The notes beneath the pieces were generated by a model. The model made no database searches. It worked only from the letters and a program-made list of their open reading frames with translations, and was not told the DNA's origin. A stretch of 64,000 nucleotides of DNA from Octopus vulgaris (Eukaryota). Each line of letters opens with the position of its first letter. Position 1 is the stretch's first letter. The stretch lies in contig OX597824.1 in assembly GCA_951406725.2 (NCBI GenBank), positions 16,368,001 to 16,432,000 of the forward strand, read 5' to 3'. The translations under genes and the position numbers were made by a program. This document shows positions 1 to 12,236 of this stretch, piece by piece.

Positions 1-265
1 CTACTGTCACGTTAAGTTGACAGTATGCAACCACTATATCGCCCCACCACCGTACATATCTCTATGAGATATTTAGAAATTTAATATTTCTGATATGTAT
101 ATATATAAACCGTTAAATATATATATATATTTATATTTATATTTATATACATTAATGTTTGTTTTTATGTTCAGTTATAATGTTTTCTGCCTCGTGGCAG
201 AATATACTGCCTCGTGGTGCGACTTTCTTTTACAGTGCTTCTCTCCCGTTCGTCTATTTTTGCGA

Positions 266-938
266 TGGTTGAAACGAAAGAACAGAGTGCTTCCATGAAG
301 CAAACGGCAGTCAAAGCAGGTGTCATGCTTCAAACAGCTTACAACGATGCTGCAATGAACAAAGCACAAGTTTACGAGTGGGTTTCACGCCTTAGGAGTG
401 GTCACTTGTCGCATGAAGACCAGCCTCGTTCAGGACGACCATCGACCTCCTGAACAAATGAAAACATTATGAAAATTCATGAACTGATCTTGGAGGACCG
501 TCACCGAATAATTGACGAACTTGTTGATATGACTGGTGTGTCCTGGGGCACCTGTCAAGGAATTTTGAGCGAGGAATTGCGAATAATTGAGTTGCAGCAA
601 AATTTGTGCCTTGCTTGCTCACGGAAGATTAAGAGCAGTCAGGACTCAATGCAAGTCATGAATTGAGAGAGGACAGTTGGATGTTGGTCTGGACCTTGTT
701 TTGATAGTCATCACTGATGACGAAAGCTTGTGCTACGGGATTTTCATATGTGGTAAAGATGAAGAAGAAAACGACGAAGGCATAAAAGCATCACTTCGTA
801 AAAAGTTCCAGCACTGTTTCGAACAGTGGAATATGCTTCAAATGGAGAATACTCTGAGAGAGATAAAAGTATAAACATGTAAAACTAAATAAATAAAATA
901 ACATTGAAAAATTTCGGTTTTTGGGGGGTACACCTCGA
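266..938 (+). mobile_element. Degenerate, internally deleted mariner-type DNA transposon (transposase pseudogene)
   Basis: Translation gives the mariner N-terminal HTH region (LQTAYNDAAMNKAQVYEWVSRLRSG...EDQPRSGRPSTS*...IHELILEDRHRIIDELVDMTGVSWGTCQGILSEEL), then ITDDESLCYG (ITGDE-like) and C-terminal FQHCFEQW...GEYSERD. Stops and frameshifts are present and the catalytic core is missing. The end ...gtacacctcgaata resembles a mariner TIR. Confidence 0.85.
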
Positions 939-960
939 ATACCTACCTAAAATAACATAT

Positions 961-1359
961 ACTCTTTTACTTGTTTCAGTCATTTGACTGCGGCCATGCT
1001 GGAGCACCGCCTTTAATCGAGCAACTCGACCCCGGACTTATTCTTTTGTATGCCCAGTACTTATTCTATCGGTCTCTTTGCCGAACTGATAAGTAATGGG
1101 GACATAAACACACCAGCATCGGTTGTCAAGCAATGCTAGGGGGACAAACACAGATACCCAAACACACACACGCATATATATATATATACATATATACGAC
1201 GGGCTTCTTTCAGTTTCCGTCTACCAAATCCACTCACAAGGCATTGGTCGGCCCGAGGCTATAGTAGAAGACACTTGCCCAAGGTGCCACGCTGTGGGAC
1301 TGAACCCGTAACCATGTGGTTGGTAAACAAGCTACTTACCACACAGCCACTCCTGCGCC
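961..1359 (-). mobile_element. SINE family A, full length (tRNA-derived head, internal microsatellite)
   Basis: The reverse complement starts GGCGCAGGAGTGGCTGTGTGG (A box) ... GGTTCAGTCCC (B box), then CORE-like CCTTGGGCAAGT, an internal (TA)/(TG) tract and an AAGTAAAAGAGT tail. More than 15 homologous copies occur in the window. Confidence 0.9.
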
Positions 1360-1500
1360 TATATACTAAACATTTGGAAAATTTTGCATAATTTGACTGT
1401 TCCATTGAGGGCTTGTATCTCTAAAATTCTAATTAGCTTTCTTCTTTCTGGTTTTGAGAACTTTCTCAAGACTTCTGAAGCAGTTTGTTGCGTAACCAAA
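1360..1500 (-). mobile_element. C-terminal fragment of an RLE-type non-LTR retrotransposon ORF
   Basis: FSKPERRKLIRILEIQALNGTVKLCKIF matches the C-termini at 29380-29450, 55820-55850 and 56600-56655. Confidence 0.65.
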
Positions 1501-1775
1501 CACTCACATAAAGATGAGTGCAAAACTGCAATTGTACTGTAGCTGGAGTATGTATGCATACAGGTGTGTGTATCTCCGTATGTACATATTTGTGGGATTG
1601 TATGACACACACACTCGCACGCGCGCACACACACATCCAAATCTGCTTGTTAATGTGATCACATTTGATTATAAAAGCCGTAATATTTGGATGGGCGCCT
1701 AATATTAAAAACACAACGATGGTGATGATGTGGCTCATTCTCAGTGTCAATGCATTCTAATGTGTGTATTCATGT

Positions 1776-2073
1776 GCCTTGTGAGTGGATTTGGTAGACG
1801 GAAACTGAAAGAAGCCTGTCGTATATATGTATATATATGTATATGTATGTATGTGTGTATGTGTGTATGTGTTTGTGTGTCTGTGTTTGTCCCCCTAGCA
1901 TTGCTTGACAACCGATGCTGGTGTGTTTACGTCCCCGTCACTTAGCGGTTCGGCAAAAGAGACCGATATAATAAGTACTGGGTTTACAAAGAATAAGTCC
2001 CGGGGTCGATTTGCTCGACTAAAGGCGGTGCTCCAGCATGGCCGCAGCCAAATGACTGAAACAAGTAAAAGAG
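1776..2073 (+). mobile_element. SINE family A, 5'-truncated
   Basis: Body and tail match the family A consensus from GCCTTGTGAGTGGATTTGGTAGACGG onward. Confidence 0.9.
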
Positions 2074-2134
2074 TATATGTGTATAGACAAATGGAATAGC
2101 CAATTATTTAAGAAAACCCTTTTAAAAATGTGTG

Positions 2135-2412
2135 TAGGGTTCGATTCTACTGCGTGACAACTTGTGTGAGCGTCGAGTCAACTCAAGAGTCGCAAGTGAA
2201 ATTGTGTCAGCCATACACCTTGTACAAATCCGTCGAGTGCTTTACACCTGCAGCTTAACGATTCGACCTTGTTGCACTCTATGTCCCGTTAATTCTAAGA
2301 ATCACTTTTTAGGATAGAGGTGGCTGAGAATATCTCAGCCACTTCTAACGCTAATTCAATTAGTAATTCATTTGATCGAACAACCGAAAGTACATACATT
2401 GCTCTCAACGGA
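2135..2412 (+). mobile_element. Old degenerate SINE with a 3' stem-loop
   Basis: B-box-like GGTTCGATTC. A 15-bp hairpin at 2315-2347 (TAGAGGTGGCTGAGA/TCTCAGCCACTTCTA) resembles the family C tail-1 motif CTCAGCCACTT. Confidence 0.45.
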
Positions 2413-2880
2413 AGGGACGGTCGTTATCCGTATGTATGGACACGCTTGTGTGTTAACGTGAGTGGCGGGTAACTGAAATTGTGCATGCGTGTGTTGGTAA
2501 GGATTTTCAATTAGGGCTTGGATTGAAAGAGACCAAATAACACATAAAGAAAATAAATAACAGTTTGGGGTGTAAGTAGAGGTATTCTTGGACCTCTACA
2601 TCGTGGTCATAACTGTTCCGGTTTCATGATAATAACATTAACTTATAGAAAACTTCATATATACATATGTATATATATATATATATATACATATGTATAT
2701 ATATATACACGAGTGGCATTTTAAATATGATTGTGTGAATATACACAAATGCATACATACACACACATAAATATATGTATACACACACACACACACACTT
2801 ATACATATATATTAGACAAGAACAGATAAGAAAGCCAAGGCTGTGAGGAGTTTTCAGGCCATTTATAAGGAAAGAGATAT

Positions 2881-2930
2881 AGTCTTACAGCTGTTTCTGG
2901 GATATTTCGGATACCCCTTCTTCAGTGACG
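2881..2930 (-). ncRNA. Minimal type-I hammerhead ribozyme-like motif
   Basis: Minus strand: GTCA-CTGAAGA-A-GGGGTAT(CCGAA)ATATCCC-A-GAAAC-AGCT-GTA-AGAC. Canonical core, palindromic stem III ACAGCTGT, GUA cleavage triplet. Confidence 0.7.
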
Positions 2931-3238
2931 ATGTGAGAGAGAGGAATTATTATGGAAAAAGAGGAGATAGGGAAAATAGAGGGGAATAAGAAAATGAAGT
3001 ATGTATGTATATGTGTGGATTTGTGCGTGTGTATAAATATATATGTATATATATATATGACTGCGACTCAAAAATTTGAAGACAGCAGGCAGGAAACGAT
3101 CGTAGTGGGATATTAATTATATTTTTTGATAATTTTGTTACATATTTAAATAATATAAATTAATCATATGTATTGGCTTAAGTCTTTTATTGTTTGATTT
3201 GCCTAATAGTGGTTTTGTCTCTAATTTAATATAATATA

Positions 3239-3292
<54 letters not shown>

Positions 3293-3379
3293 TATACATA
3301 TATGTATGTATATATATATACACATCTACATATATAGATATATGAATATGCATGTCTATACAAAGCTGACCTCGGCGGA

Positions 3380-3442
<63 letters not shown>

Positions 3443-3622
3443 CATATATGTATATATATATATTATATTTATATACGTAAGATATAAGTATATATATTGA
3501 TATTTATATACATAAGATATATGTATATATATTGATATTGATATACATAAGATATATAAATATGTATGTGTAAGCAAAGCAGACTTCGGCGGAATATATT
3601 TATATATATATATATATGTATG

Positions 3623-3677
<55 letters not shown>

Positions 3678-4593
3678 ATATATATGAACATCCGACTGTT
3701 CCTATATGTACCTATATACACGAATTAAACTCATACGCGTACCTATAAGTGTGTCCCTATCGAAAGATAATCTTAAACAAATTAAAGTAATAATAAAGAT
3801 AATCTGGTATAAGACCTTGATACTCTGAGTACGACGTTGATAAGATAGTTAAGTACAAGTGCCTATGTATGTATGTGTGTGTGTATTAGTGTGTGTATAA
3901 GTTTGTGTGTGCGTGTGTGTGTCCTTTTTGTGTGTTTTGTGTCTGTCTGTCTGTGTGCGTATGTGTTTCTGTTTGTGTGAGCGTGTGTGTGAGAGAGAGA
4001 GAGAGAGACAGAGAGAGACAGAGAGAGAAGCGAGAAAGTTTTAAGTATCCAATCTAGCACAATCCATATCATATGACAGATTTCAACCAATCCGAAATAC
4101 AAACACAAATTTAAGCCGATTAATATTGCTTTCATTTAGAAATAATTGCTTTCACTCCTTCTCACAAAGGACCAGCACTTCCCAATATATAGGCCCTTAA
4201 AGTTTCTTCTGTCGCTGAACTTGAGTATGTACTTATGAGTGTACTTGTATGTATGTATGTATGTATGTATGTATGTATGTATGTATGTATGTATGTATGT
4301 ATGTATGTATTATGTATGCATATACGTATATATATATATATATATATATAATTAATTAATTTATAAGTATATATATATATATATATATATATATACGTAT
4401 GTATATGTAGATGCATATATATACATATATAGATACGTATATATATATATATATGTATAAATATATATGTGTATGTGTGTGTGTGTGTGCATTTGTATTT
4501 AAGTATATATATATTCATTCATACACACACATAGGCATTCATACACGCATATATGGATATATACATGTGTGCTGTATGTGTGTGCGTGTATGT

Positions 4594-4632
<39 letters not shown>

Positions 4633-5084
4633 TGTGTATGTGTGTGTGTATGTGTGTGTGTTTGTTTGCTTATACACTTACATATGTATAGTAAGATTTT
4701 GGTTTCAGATATATCTTGCTTTCACAAAAGCGACTGCACCGCTATTGGACGTCAACAAGTGCTGTCATTCGAATATGCCCTCTTATTTCACACCGACGGG
4801 AAAGACTAAGGTCACACTCTCTCTTTAGACTAAAAATTAAAATAGGGGACAGGTGTTAAAACAACACACATCCACATACACCAACACATAAACACACACA
4901 CACACAAACACACGCACACACACATACACGCAACGTTCTTAAAACACCTGTAGATGTGAATGCGATTTACGAAGAATTTTATTATGCTAGTAGCTTCTGT
5001 GTGAATTCCACGATCATTACGGAGACTATCCCATTGAAGGACATTTATAAAGAACCGCTAGATATGTAATTACTTTTCCATCAA

Positions 5085-5657
5085 CCCTAGGGCTCAGCTG
5101 GTACTTATTTTATCAACTCCAGTAGGATGAAAGACATAGCTAACATCGGTGGAATTTGAACTCAGAATGTAAAGATTAACATTCTGTAATGCAGTGTCTC
5201 TCTGCTAGTTGCGCACCAGGCTCAAGGATTGCTACGTATGTTCTTGTTTGAATCAATTCGTTCATTCACTGACGATTGTTATCCACCGTTGCTACTGGCA
5301 CAGCCGAGGTTTCTCACTGCATGGTTTGTCTTCAACGCTTGTTTTCCCCCTCTTTAAATTTCATTCCGTCTGTGCACGTTGCTATATAACATCTGTATCA
5401 CCTAACTTAACAACCCGTAGCCAGAATTCTGAAGTAAAATTCAACGAGATGGGCGAGTCGTTTGGCATACCGGAAAAGATACTTACTTAGCGGTGTTTTC
5501 GTTCGTCTTAAAGTTCTGCGTTCAAATTCCGCTGAGGTCTACGTTACTTTTAATCCTTCCAGATTGATAAAACAAGCACCAGTTACGCACTAGGATCGAT
5601 ATGATAGACTTACCCCCACTGCCACGAAATTGCTGGCCTTGTGCCATGATTTGAAAT
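5085..5657. mobile_element. Two degenerate family B SINE fragments (minus about 5085-5185; plus about 5450-5657)
   Basis: GGAATTTGAACTCAGAA / TTCAAATTCCGC motifs and a GCCTTGTGCC tail, diverged from the family B consensus. Confidence 0.65.
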
Positions 5658-5707
5658 CAGTATTTATTACATGTATGACCGCGTATGTGTGTATATGTGT
5701 TTATGTA

Positions 5708-5745
<38 letters not shown>

Positions 5746-5919
5746 CATACATATCTATTTCTATATATATATGTATATGCATAAATAAACAAATGAATAC
5801 ATACATATGCATACACATACACACACACACATATACATCTATACATACATACAAACATCTATCTATCTCAATGCATACATACATACATATATACGTGTGT
5901 AGATACATATATAGTTCAA

Positions 5920-6037
5920 ATTTATAGAAAAACAAAAGACGAAGACAGGTGTATGTATGAACAACAAACAAGTGTATTAGTTTGACGCTCGGGGAAAATG
6001 AAAAACTCTTTTACGTTTCAAGCCTACGCTCTTCAGT
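5920..6037 (-). mobile_element. Short repeat family E (HHR-like), truncated
   Basis: Homologous to 18717-18870, 30465-30650 and 58385-58575. Minus strand reads CTGAAGAGCGTAGGCTTGAAACGTAAAAG. Confidence 0.75.
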
Positions 6038-6052
6038 ATATACATACATATG

Positions 6053-6100
<48 letters not shown>

Positions 6101-6102
<2 letters not shown>

Positions 6103-6483
6103 CGCAGGAGTGGCTGTGTGGTAAGTAGCTTGCTAACCAACCACATGGTTCCGGGTTCAGTCCCACTGCGTGGCATCTTGGGCAACGGGCCGACCAATGC
6201 CTTGTGAGTGGATTTGGTAGACGGAAACTGAAAGAAGCTTGTCGTATATATGTATATATATATATGTATGTGTGTGTGTTTGTGTGTCTGTGTTTGTTCC
6301 CCTAGCATTGCTTGACAACCGATGCTGGTGTGTTTACGTCTCCGTCATTAGCGGTTCGGCAAAAAGAGACCGATAGAATAAGTATTGGGCTTACAAAAAG
6401 AATAAGTCCCGGGGTCGAGTTGCTCGACTAAAGGCGGTGCTCCAGCATGGCCGCAGTCAAATGACTGAAACAAGTAAAGGAGA

Positions 6484-6484
<1 letters not shown>
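6101..6484 (+). mobile_element. SINE family A, near full length
   Basis: GGCGCAGGAGTGGCTGTGTGG head with A and B boxes, a small internal deletion, flanked by (TA)n. Confidence 0.92.
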
Positions 6485-6540
<56 letters not shown>

Positions 6541-6989
6541 GTGTGTATGTGTATGCATGTATGTATAGTGCAAACAATCATAACATTAAAAACTAGAGAA
6601 CGAAGTTACTTCTTATGAATACATAGGTAAAAAAAAAAAGAATTTACAAAAGTAAGATTGGAAAGAAAGAAAGAAAGAAAGAAAAGAAAAGAAAAGAAAA
6701 GAAAAGAAAATTGAAACAAGAAATGGGAAAAACAAGCGAGAAAGGGCAGAGAAATGCTTGAACAATGTTTCTGCTCTGTCTTTACAAGTAGTAAAATATT
6801 GGTTGAGTACAGCTGACATGGATGTACTTAACAGTCACCTTCTTAAGGAACAATGGCGAGTTTGATGTGGGGCTCAATACAATTGATGATATTTTTTCTG
6901 CTAACGGGGCAGTTGTGTTTACATAAATCCTTGTTTGTTGTTGCTGATATTGTTGTTCTGCTACCTGCCATCTATTACTGGTTTTTATC

Positions 6990-6996
6990 GTTGTTG

Positions 6997-7031
<35 letters not shown>

Positions 7032-7069
7032 GTTATTGTTATTGTTATTTTTATTATTATTGTTATTGC

Positions 7070-7127
<58 letters not shown>

Positions 7128-7137
7128 GTTATTGTTA

Positions 7138-7171
<34 letters not shown>

Positions 7172-7232
7172 CATCATCATCATTATTATTATTATTATTG
7201 TTATTGTTATTGTTATTGTTATTATTATTTTT

Positions 7233-7263
<31 letters not shown>

Positions 7264-7272
7264 TTATTATTA

Positions 7273-7305
<33 letters not shown>

Positions 7306-7380
7306 GTTATGATTATTATTATTATTACTGTTATTATTATTACTATTATTATTGTTATTATTATTATCATTATTATTATA
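6990..7380 (+). repeat. (ATT)n imperfect microsatellite
   Basis: Direct reading; contains GTT and CAT variants. Confidence 0.95.
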
Positions 7381-7490
7381 AATGTTTTTGTTTAGTCTTT
7401 GCAATCGGAAAGTATTAAACGATACATGGCTGATAAAAAGGCAACCCGATAAACAAGTGGAAGCAAGCAAAATGGATGGATCCACACATA

Positions 7491-7550
<60 letters not shown>

Positions 7551-7839
7551 AGCACACGCAAACACACACACACACACACACACACTCACTCAAATATACA
7601 TATAGGTAAGTTTCCATATATACATACGCATTTGTGCATAACTGTCTCTCTCTCTCTCTATATATATATATCTACGTGTATATTTACGCATATAAATATA
7701 TATATGTGTGTGTATGCATGTATATGTATGTACATACATATCAATATTCATAGTATAATATTATATGTATATATATGTTTATACATATATATGTGCATAT
7801 ATATGTATATATATATAAACACATACGTATATACATACA

Positions 7840-7883
<44 letters not shown>

Positions 7884-8209
7884 GGATATTATTTATATTA
7901 TATATATATAAGTATATATATATATACACACATATACACTCACAAATCTATCACACGCATGTTTTATGTTTAATGATAATTTATATTGTATGTTTTTGTA
8001 TTTTATTTTTGCTGGTAGGTTAATACGTATGTGTGAAATGGTGAATGGCAATTTTCTGTTAAGTGTAAGTATATGTAGGAAAAACAACATCATCCAATGG
8101 CAAAGTAATAACATATACGGGTAATCAATATATCAATAGGACGAAAGTATGGAACCAGATACACACGCACACCAACATGTGAATGCATGCGCGCGCATAT
8201 ATGTATATT

Positions 8210-8263
<54 letters not shown>

Positions 8264-8275
8264 GTATACACACAA

Positions 8276-8330
<55 letters not shown>

Positions 8331-8583
8331 GTGAAAATAATTAAAGGGCGGGCAGCAGGCTGCCTCGCCGCATACCGGAGGAATTAGAAATGGCAGTCAA
8401 AGACTGTTTTTTCCATTTTATATATATATATTTATGTATACTTATATGTATATATGGATACACTCACAGACACAGTTATGTAAACAGTAAGTAAAGTATA
8501 TGATTTCGCTTCCATGGTCAGGAATTCCTGAATGTTAGTAACGCTTATATACAGAAATACACACCACATACATACCTACATAC

Positions 8584-8629
<46 letters not shown>

Positions 8630-8639
8630 AAATATATAC

Positions 8640-8813
8640 AGTTAATCCAAACAAGAAAGCACAAAAAAACACAACAACGCGAGGACGTGGAACAAATATA
8701 ATATTATTGGACGCTCAGGAAAGAAGGAAAGAAGGACGGTTTAACGTTTCGAGCGTAGCTCCTCGTCGGAAACATAGGAGAAGGAAAGATCCAGAGAAGG
8801 GAAGACAGAGGAA
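8640..8813 (-). mobile_element. Short repeat family D (HHR-like) within (TA)n
   Basis: Five copies in the window. Minus strand 8739-8773 reads GTTT-CCGACGA-G-GAGC(TAC)GCTC-GAAAC-GT-T-AAAC. Confidence 0.8.
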
Positions 8814-8817
8814 AATA

Positions 8818-8888
<71 letters not shown>

Positions 8889-8909
8889 ATATGTATATAT
8901 GTATATATA

Positions 8910-9280
8910 CTCGTGGCACTCCGTCGGTCCCAGCGACGAGGGTTCCAGTTGTTCTGATCAACAGAACAGCCTGCTCGTGAAATTAACGTGCAAGTGCCTA
9001 AGCACTATGCAGACACGTGTACCCTTAACGTAGTCCTCGGTGAGATTCAGCGTGAGACGGAATGTGACAAGGATGGCCATTTGAAAATACAGGTACAACA
9101 GAGACAGGAAGAAAGAGTGAGAAGACGTTGTAGTGAAAGAGTACAGCAGGGTTCACCACCACCACCCTGCCAGTATCTAGAGGAGCTTTAGATGTCTTCG
9201 CTCAATGAACACTCACAACGCCCGGTCTGGGAATCGAAACTGCGATCCTACCACCGTAACCACTGGGCCATTGCGCCTCC
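8910..9280 (-). mobile_element. SINE family C with tail 1
   Basis: Reverse-complement head GGAGGCGCAATGGCCCAGTGG...GTTTCGATTCCC (A and B boxes); homologous to 17985-18343 and 27940-28297. Confidence 0.88.
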
Positions 9281-9323
<43 letters not shown>

Positions 9324-9325
9324 AC

Positions 9326-9420
<95 letters not shown>

Positions 9421-9423
9421 TAT

Positions 9424-9621
9424 GTGACCGCGTGTGTACCGTTGGCGATTTTTTTCCTCTGTCTTCCCTTCTCTGGATCTTTCCTTCTCCAATGTTTCCG
9501 ACGAAGAGCTCCGCTCGAAACTTTAAACCTTCCTTCTTCCCTTCTTTCCTGAGCGTCCAATAATACTATATGTGTTCCACGTCCTCGCGTTGTTGTGTTT
9601 TTTGGGCTTTCTTGTTTGGAT

Positions 9622-9626
<5 letters not shown>
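9424..9626 (+). mobile_element. Short repeat family D (HHR-like) within (TA)n
   Basis: Inverted copy of 8640-8813. The motif at 9494-9528 has a stem III substitution (GAAACTTT). Confidence 0.8.
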
Positions 9627-9665
<39 letters not shown>

Positions 9666-9999
9666 TTCATATATTATTCATATACACTCACACAGAAGTT
9701 TTCCTTCTTCAGCTGTCAATCTAGAATCCATGCTGATTCTGGTTTCTTACAGACATATCATTATTTGGTGTGTTACCAGCCTTTGCATAGCTTATTTCTC
9801 AGTGAGGACGATGAAGTCAGACGAAGAATATTTCTACTGAAAACAAAGCTGAGGCTATTGTGCGTTGATTATCAGGTTAACTTGGTAACGAAAACATGCA
9901 CAGAATTATATTTAAAAGCATTTAGGTTTTTGTACTAACCTTATTTGACTAAACCCACGGAATACCTGTGTATTTCAAGTCCTTCCAAAGTTAACATTG

Positions 10000-10320
10000 C
10001 CTTTCATGCATCTAGGGGCGATAAAATAAATTGAGTCAATTACAGCGGTTGTTGATATCGATCTACTATTCTCTCAAAACTGTGGCACTAGGCCAAGATT
10101 AGAAACAGCAACAACAACCACAACAACGTGGATACTCTCTGCTTTGATAGAGGGGGAAAATTCGAATTCATCGATTCTCAGTACATAACTGGTACTTGTT
10201 TTATCAACCCCGAAATAATGAAAGGCAAAATCGACCTCAGCAGAATTAGGACCCAAATCTTTGTACCGGAAGAAATGTTGCAAAGCATTTAGTCCGGTGG
10301 TCTAACGATTCTACCACAAT
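10000..10320. mobile_element. Degenerate family B SINE fragments in both orientations
   Basis: GCCTTTCAT...GGGGCGATAAA (plus) and ACTGGTACTT...GAAAGGCAAAATCGACCTC (minus). Confidence 0.6.
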
Positions 10321-10374
10321 TCTTTCTGACTACTCCATTACACGGCTCCAGGCCTCGACCGGTTCTTATTTCTT

Positions 10375-10978
10375 ATTTTTTAATGCCCACAAGGGGCTAA
10401 ACATAGAGGGGACAAACAAGGACAGACAAAGGGATTAAGTCGATTACATCGACCCCAGTGCATAACTGGTACTTAGTTAATCGACCCCGAAAGGATGAAA
10501 GGCTAAGTGGACCTCGGCGGAATTTGAACTCAGAACGTAGCGGCAGACGAAATACCTATTTCTATTTCTTTACTACCCACCAGTGGCTAAACACAGAGAG
10601 GACAAACAAGGACAGACAAACGGATTCAGTCGATTATATCGACCCCAGTGCGTAACTGGTACTTATTTAATAGACCCCGAAAGGATAAAAGGCCTTAGTC
10701 GACCTCGGCAGAATTTGAACTCAGAACGTAGCGTCAGACGAAATACCTATTTCTTTACTACCCACAAGGGGCTAAACACAGAGAGGACAAACAAGGACAG
10801 ACAAACGGATTAAGTCGATTATATCGACCCCAGTGCGTAACTGGTACTTATTTAATCGACCCCGAAAGGATAAAAGGCTAAGTCGACCTCGGCGGAATTT
10901 GAACTCAGTACGTAGCGGCAGACGAAATACCGCTACGCATTTCACTCGGCGTGCTAACGTTTCTGCCAACTCGCCGCC
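10375..10978 (-). mobile_element. Head-to-tail trimer of SINE family B (about 187-bp units)
   Basis: Three tandem units ...CCCACAAGGGGCTAAACA...GGAATTTGAACTCAG...GACGAAATAC; only the outermost retains the GGCGGCGAG head. The central GCCTTTCATCCTTTCGGGGTCGATAAA domain resembles conserved metazoan SINE central domains (Meta-type; family name not verified). Confidence 0.88.
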
Positions 10979-10999
10979 GGTTCTGATTTCATTGACAGA

Positions 11000-11470
11000 C
11001 ACAGTCGACATACGCGGAATTTAAACTCAGAATGTAAAGCCGGACGAAATGTCGCTTATCATTTCGTCCGGCATGCTAACGATTCAGCCAGTTCACTCCC
11101 TTAATAATGCTAAATAGATGAATAAGGATTATTGAGCAGGCAGAGTCGCTGCGTCCTGGACGAAATGCTTAGCGGTAATTCGTCTTCATATTCTGAGTTC
11201 AAATTCCGCAGTTACGCACTGGGGTCGATATAATCGACTTAATCCGTTTGTCTCTCCTTGTTTGTCCTCTCTTTGTTTAGAGCCCTTGTGGGTATTAAAG
11301 AAATAAGTATTTCGTCTGTCTTCACGTTTTGAGTTCAAATTCCGCAGACTTTGGCTGTGCCTTTCATCCTTTCGGGGTCGATAAATTAAGTACAAGTTGA
11401 GTACTGGGGTCGATGTAATTGCTTCATCCTCTCCCCCAAAATGGCTGCCCTTGTAGTAAAATTTGAAACC
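11000..11470. mobile_element. Family B SINE fragments (minus 11000-11100; rearranged plus dimer 11135-11470)
   Basis: Direct homology to the family B consensus. Confidence 0.75.
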
Positions 11471-11496
11471 ATTAGCATTATTATTATTATCCTATT

Positions 11497-11845
11497 AGAA
11501 GAAGAAGAAAAAGAAGAAGAAGGATGAGGATGAGGAGGAGAAGAAGAAGGAGAAGAAGAAGAAGAAGAAAGTGGAGGAGGAGAAGAAGAAGGAGGAGGAG
11601 GAGAAGAAGAAGGAGGAGGAGATGAAGGAGGAGAAGGAGGAGGAGGAGGAGGAGGAGGAGGAGGTGGAGGAGAAGGAGGAGAAAAAAAAGAAGAAAAAGA
11701 AGAAAAAGAAGAAGAAGAAGAAGGAGGAGAAGAAGAAGAAGAAGGAGGAGAAGAAGAAGAAGAAGAAGAAGAAGAAGAAGAAGAAGAAGAAGAAGAAGAA
11801 GAAGAAGAAGAAGAAGAAAGAAAGAAAGAAAGTAAGAAAGAAAGA
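11497..11845 (+). repeat. (GAA)/(GGA) polypurine tract
   Basis: Direct reading. Confidence 0.95.
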
Positions 11846-12181
11846 ACATGGGAAGGAGAAATTCGTACAGATACGTGTGTGGTAAGCAGGTGTCTTGAAA
11901 TATTTTTAAAACGTAGAACAGCGGAATTAGCGACTAAAGACAACAATAGGAAAATATGTGAAAATGAAAAAGACATTAGTTGCAATGTGAAGCATCCTTT
12001 GCTTAGAACAAAACAAACAATTATGTTATCGTAACGTCAATGCGATCAAGCATCGGTCTATCCGTACACCACGAAACACTTGTTTTTCATTGGTCATTAT
12101 TTAAACAGCATAACGACACTCCAGCAATTTAGCTGCGTGCGTTGGATGAGTGCATACAAATATATATATATATATACATGC

Positions 12182-12236
<55 letters not shown>

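Noticed and set aside
10375-10978. Regularly spaced repeats reminiscent of a CRISPR array
   Set aside because: Whole 187-bp units repeat with no unique spacers, the context is eukaryotic and there are no cas genes.
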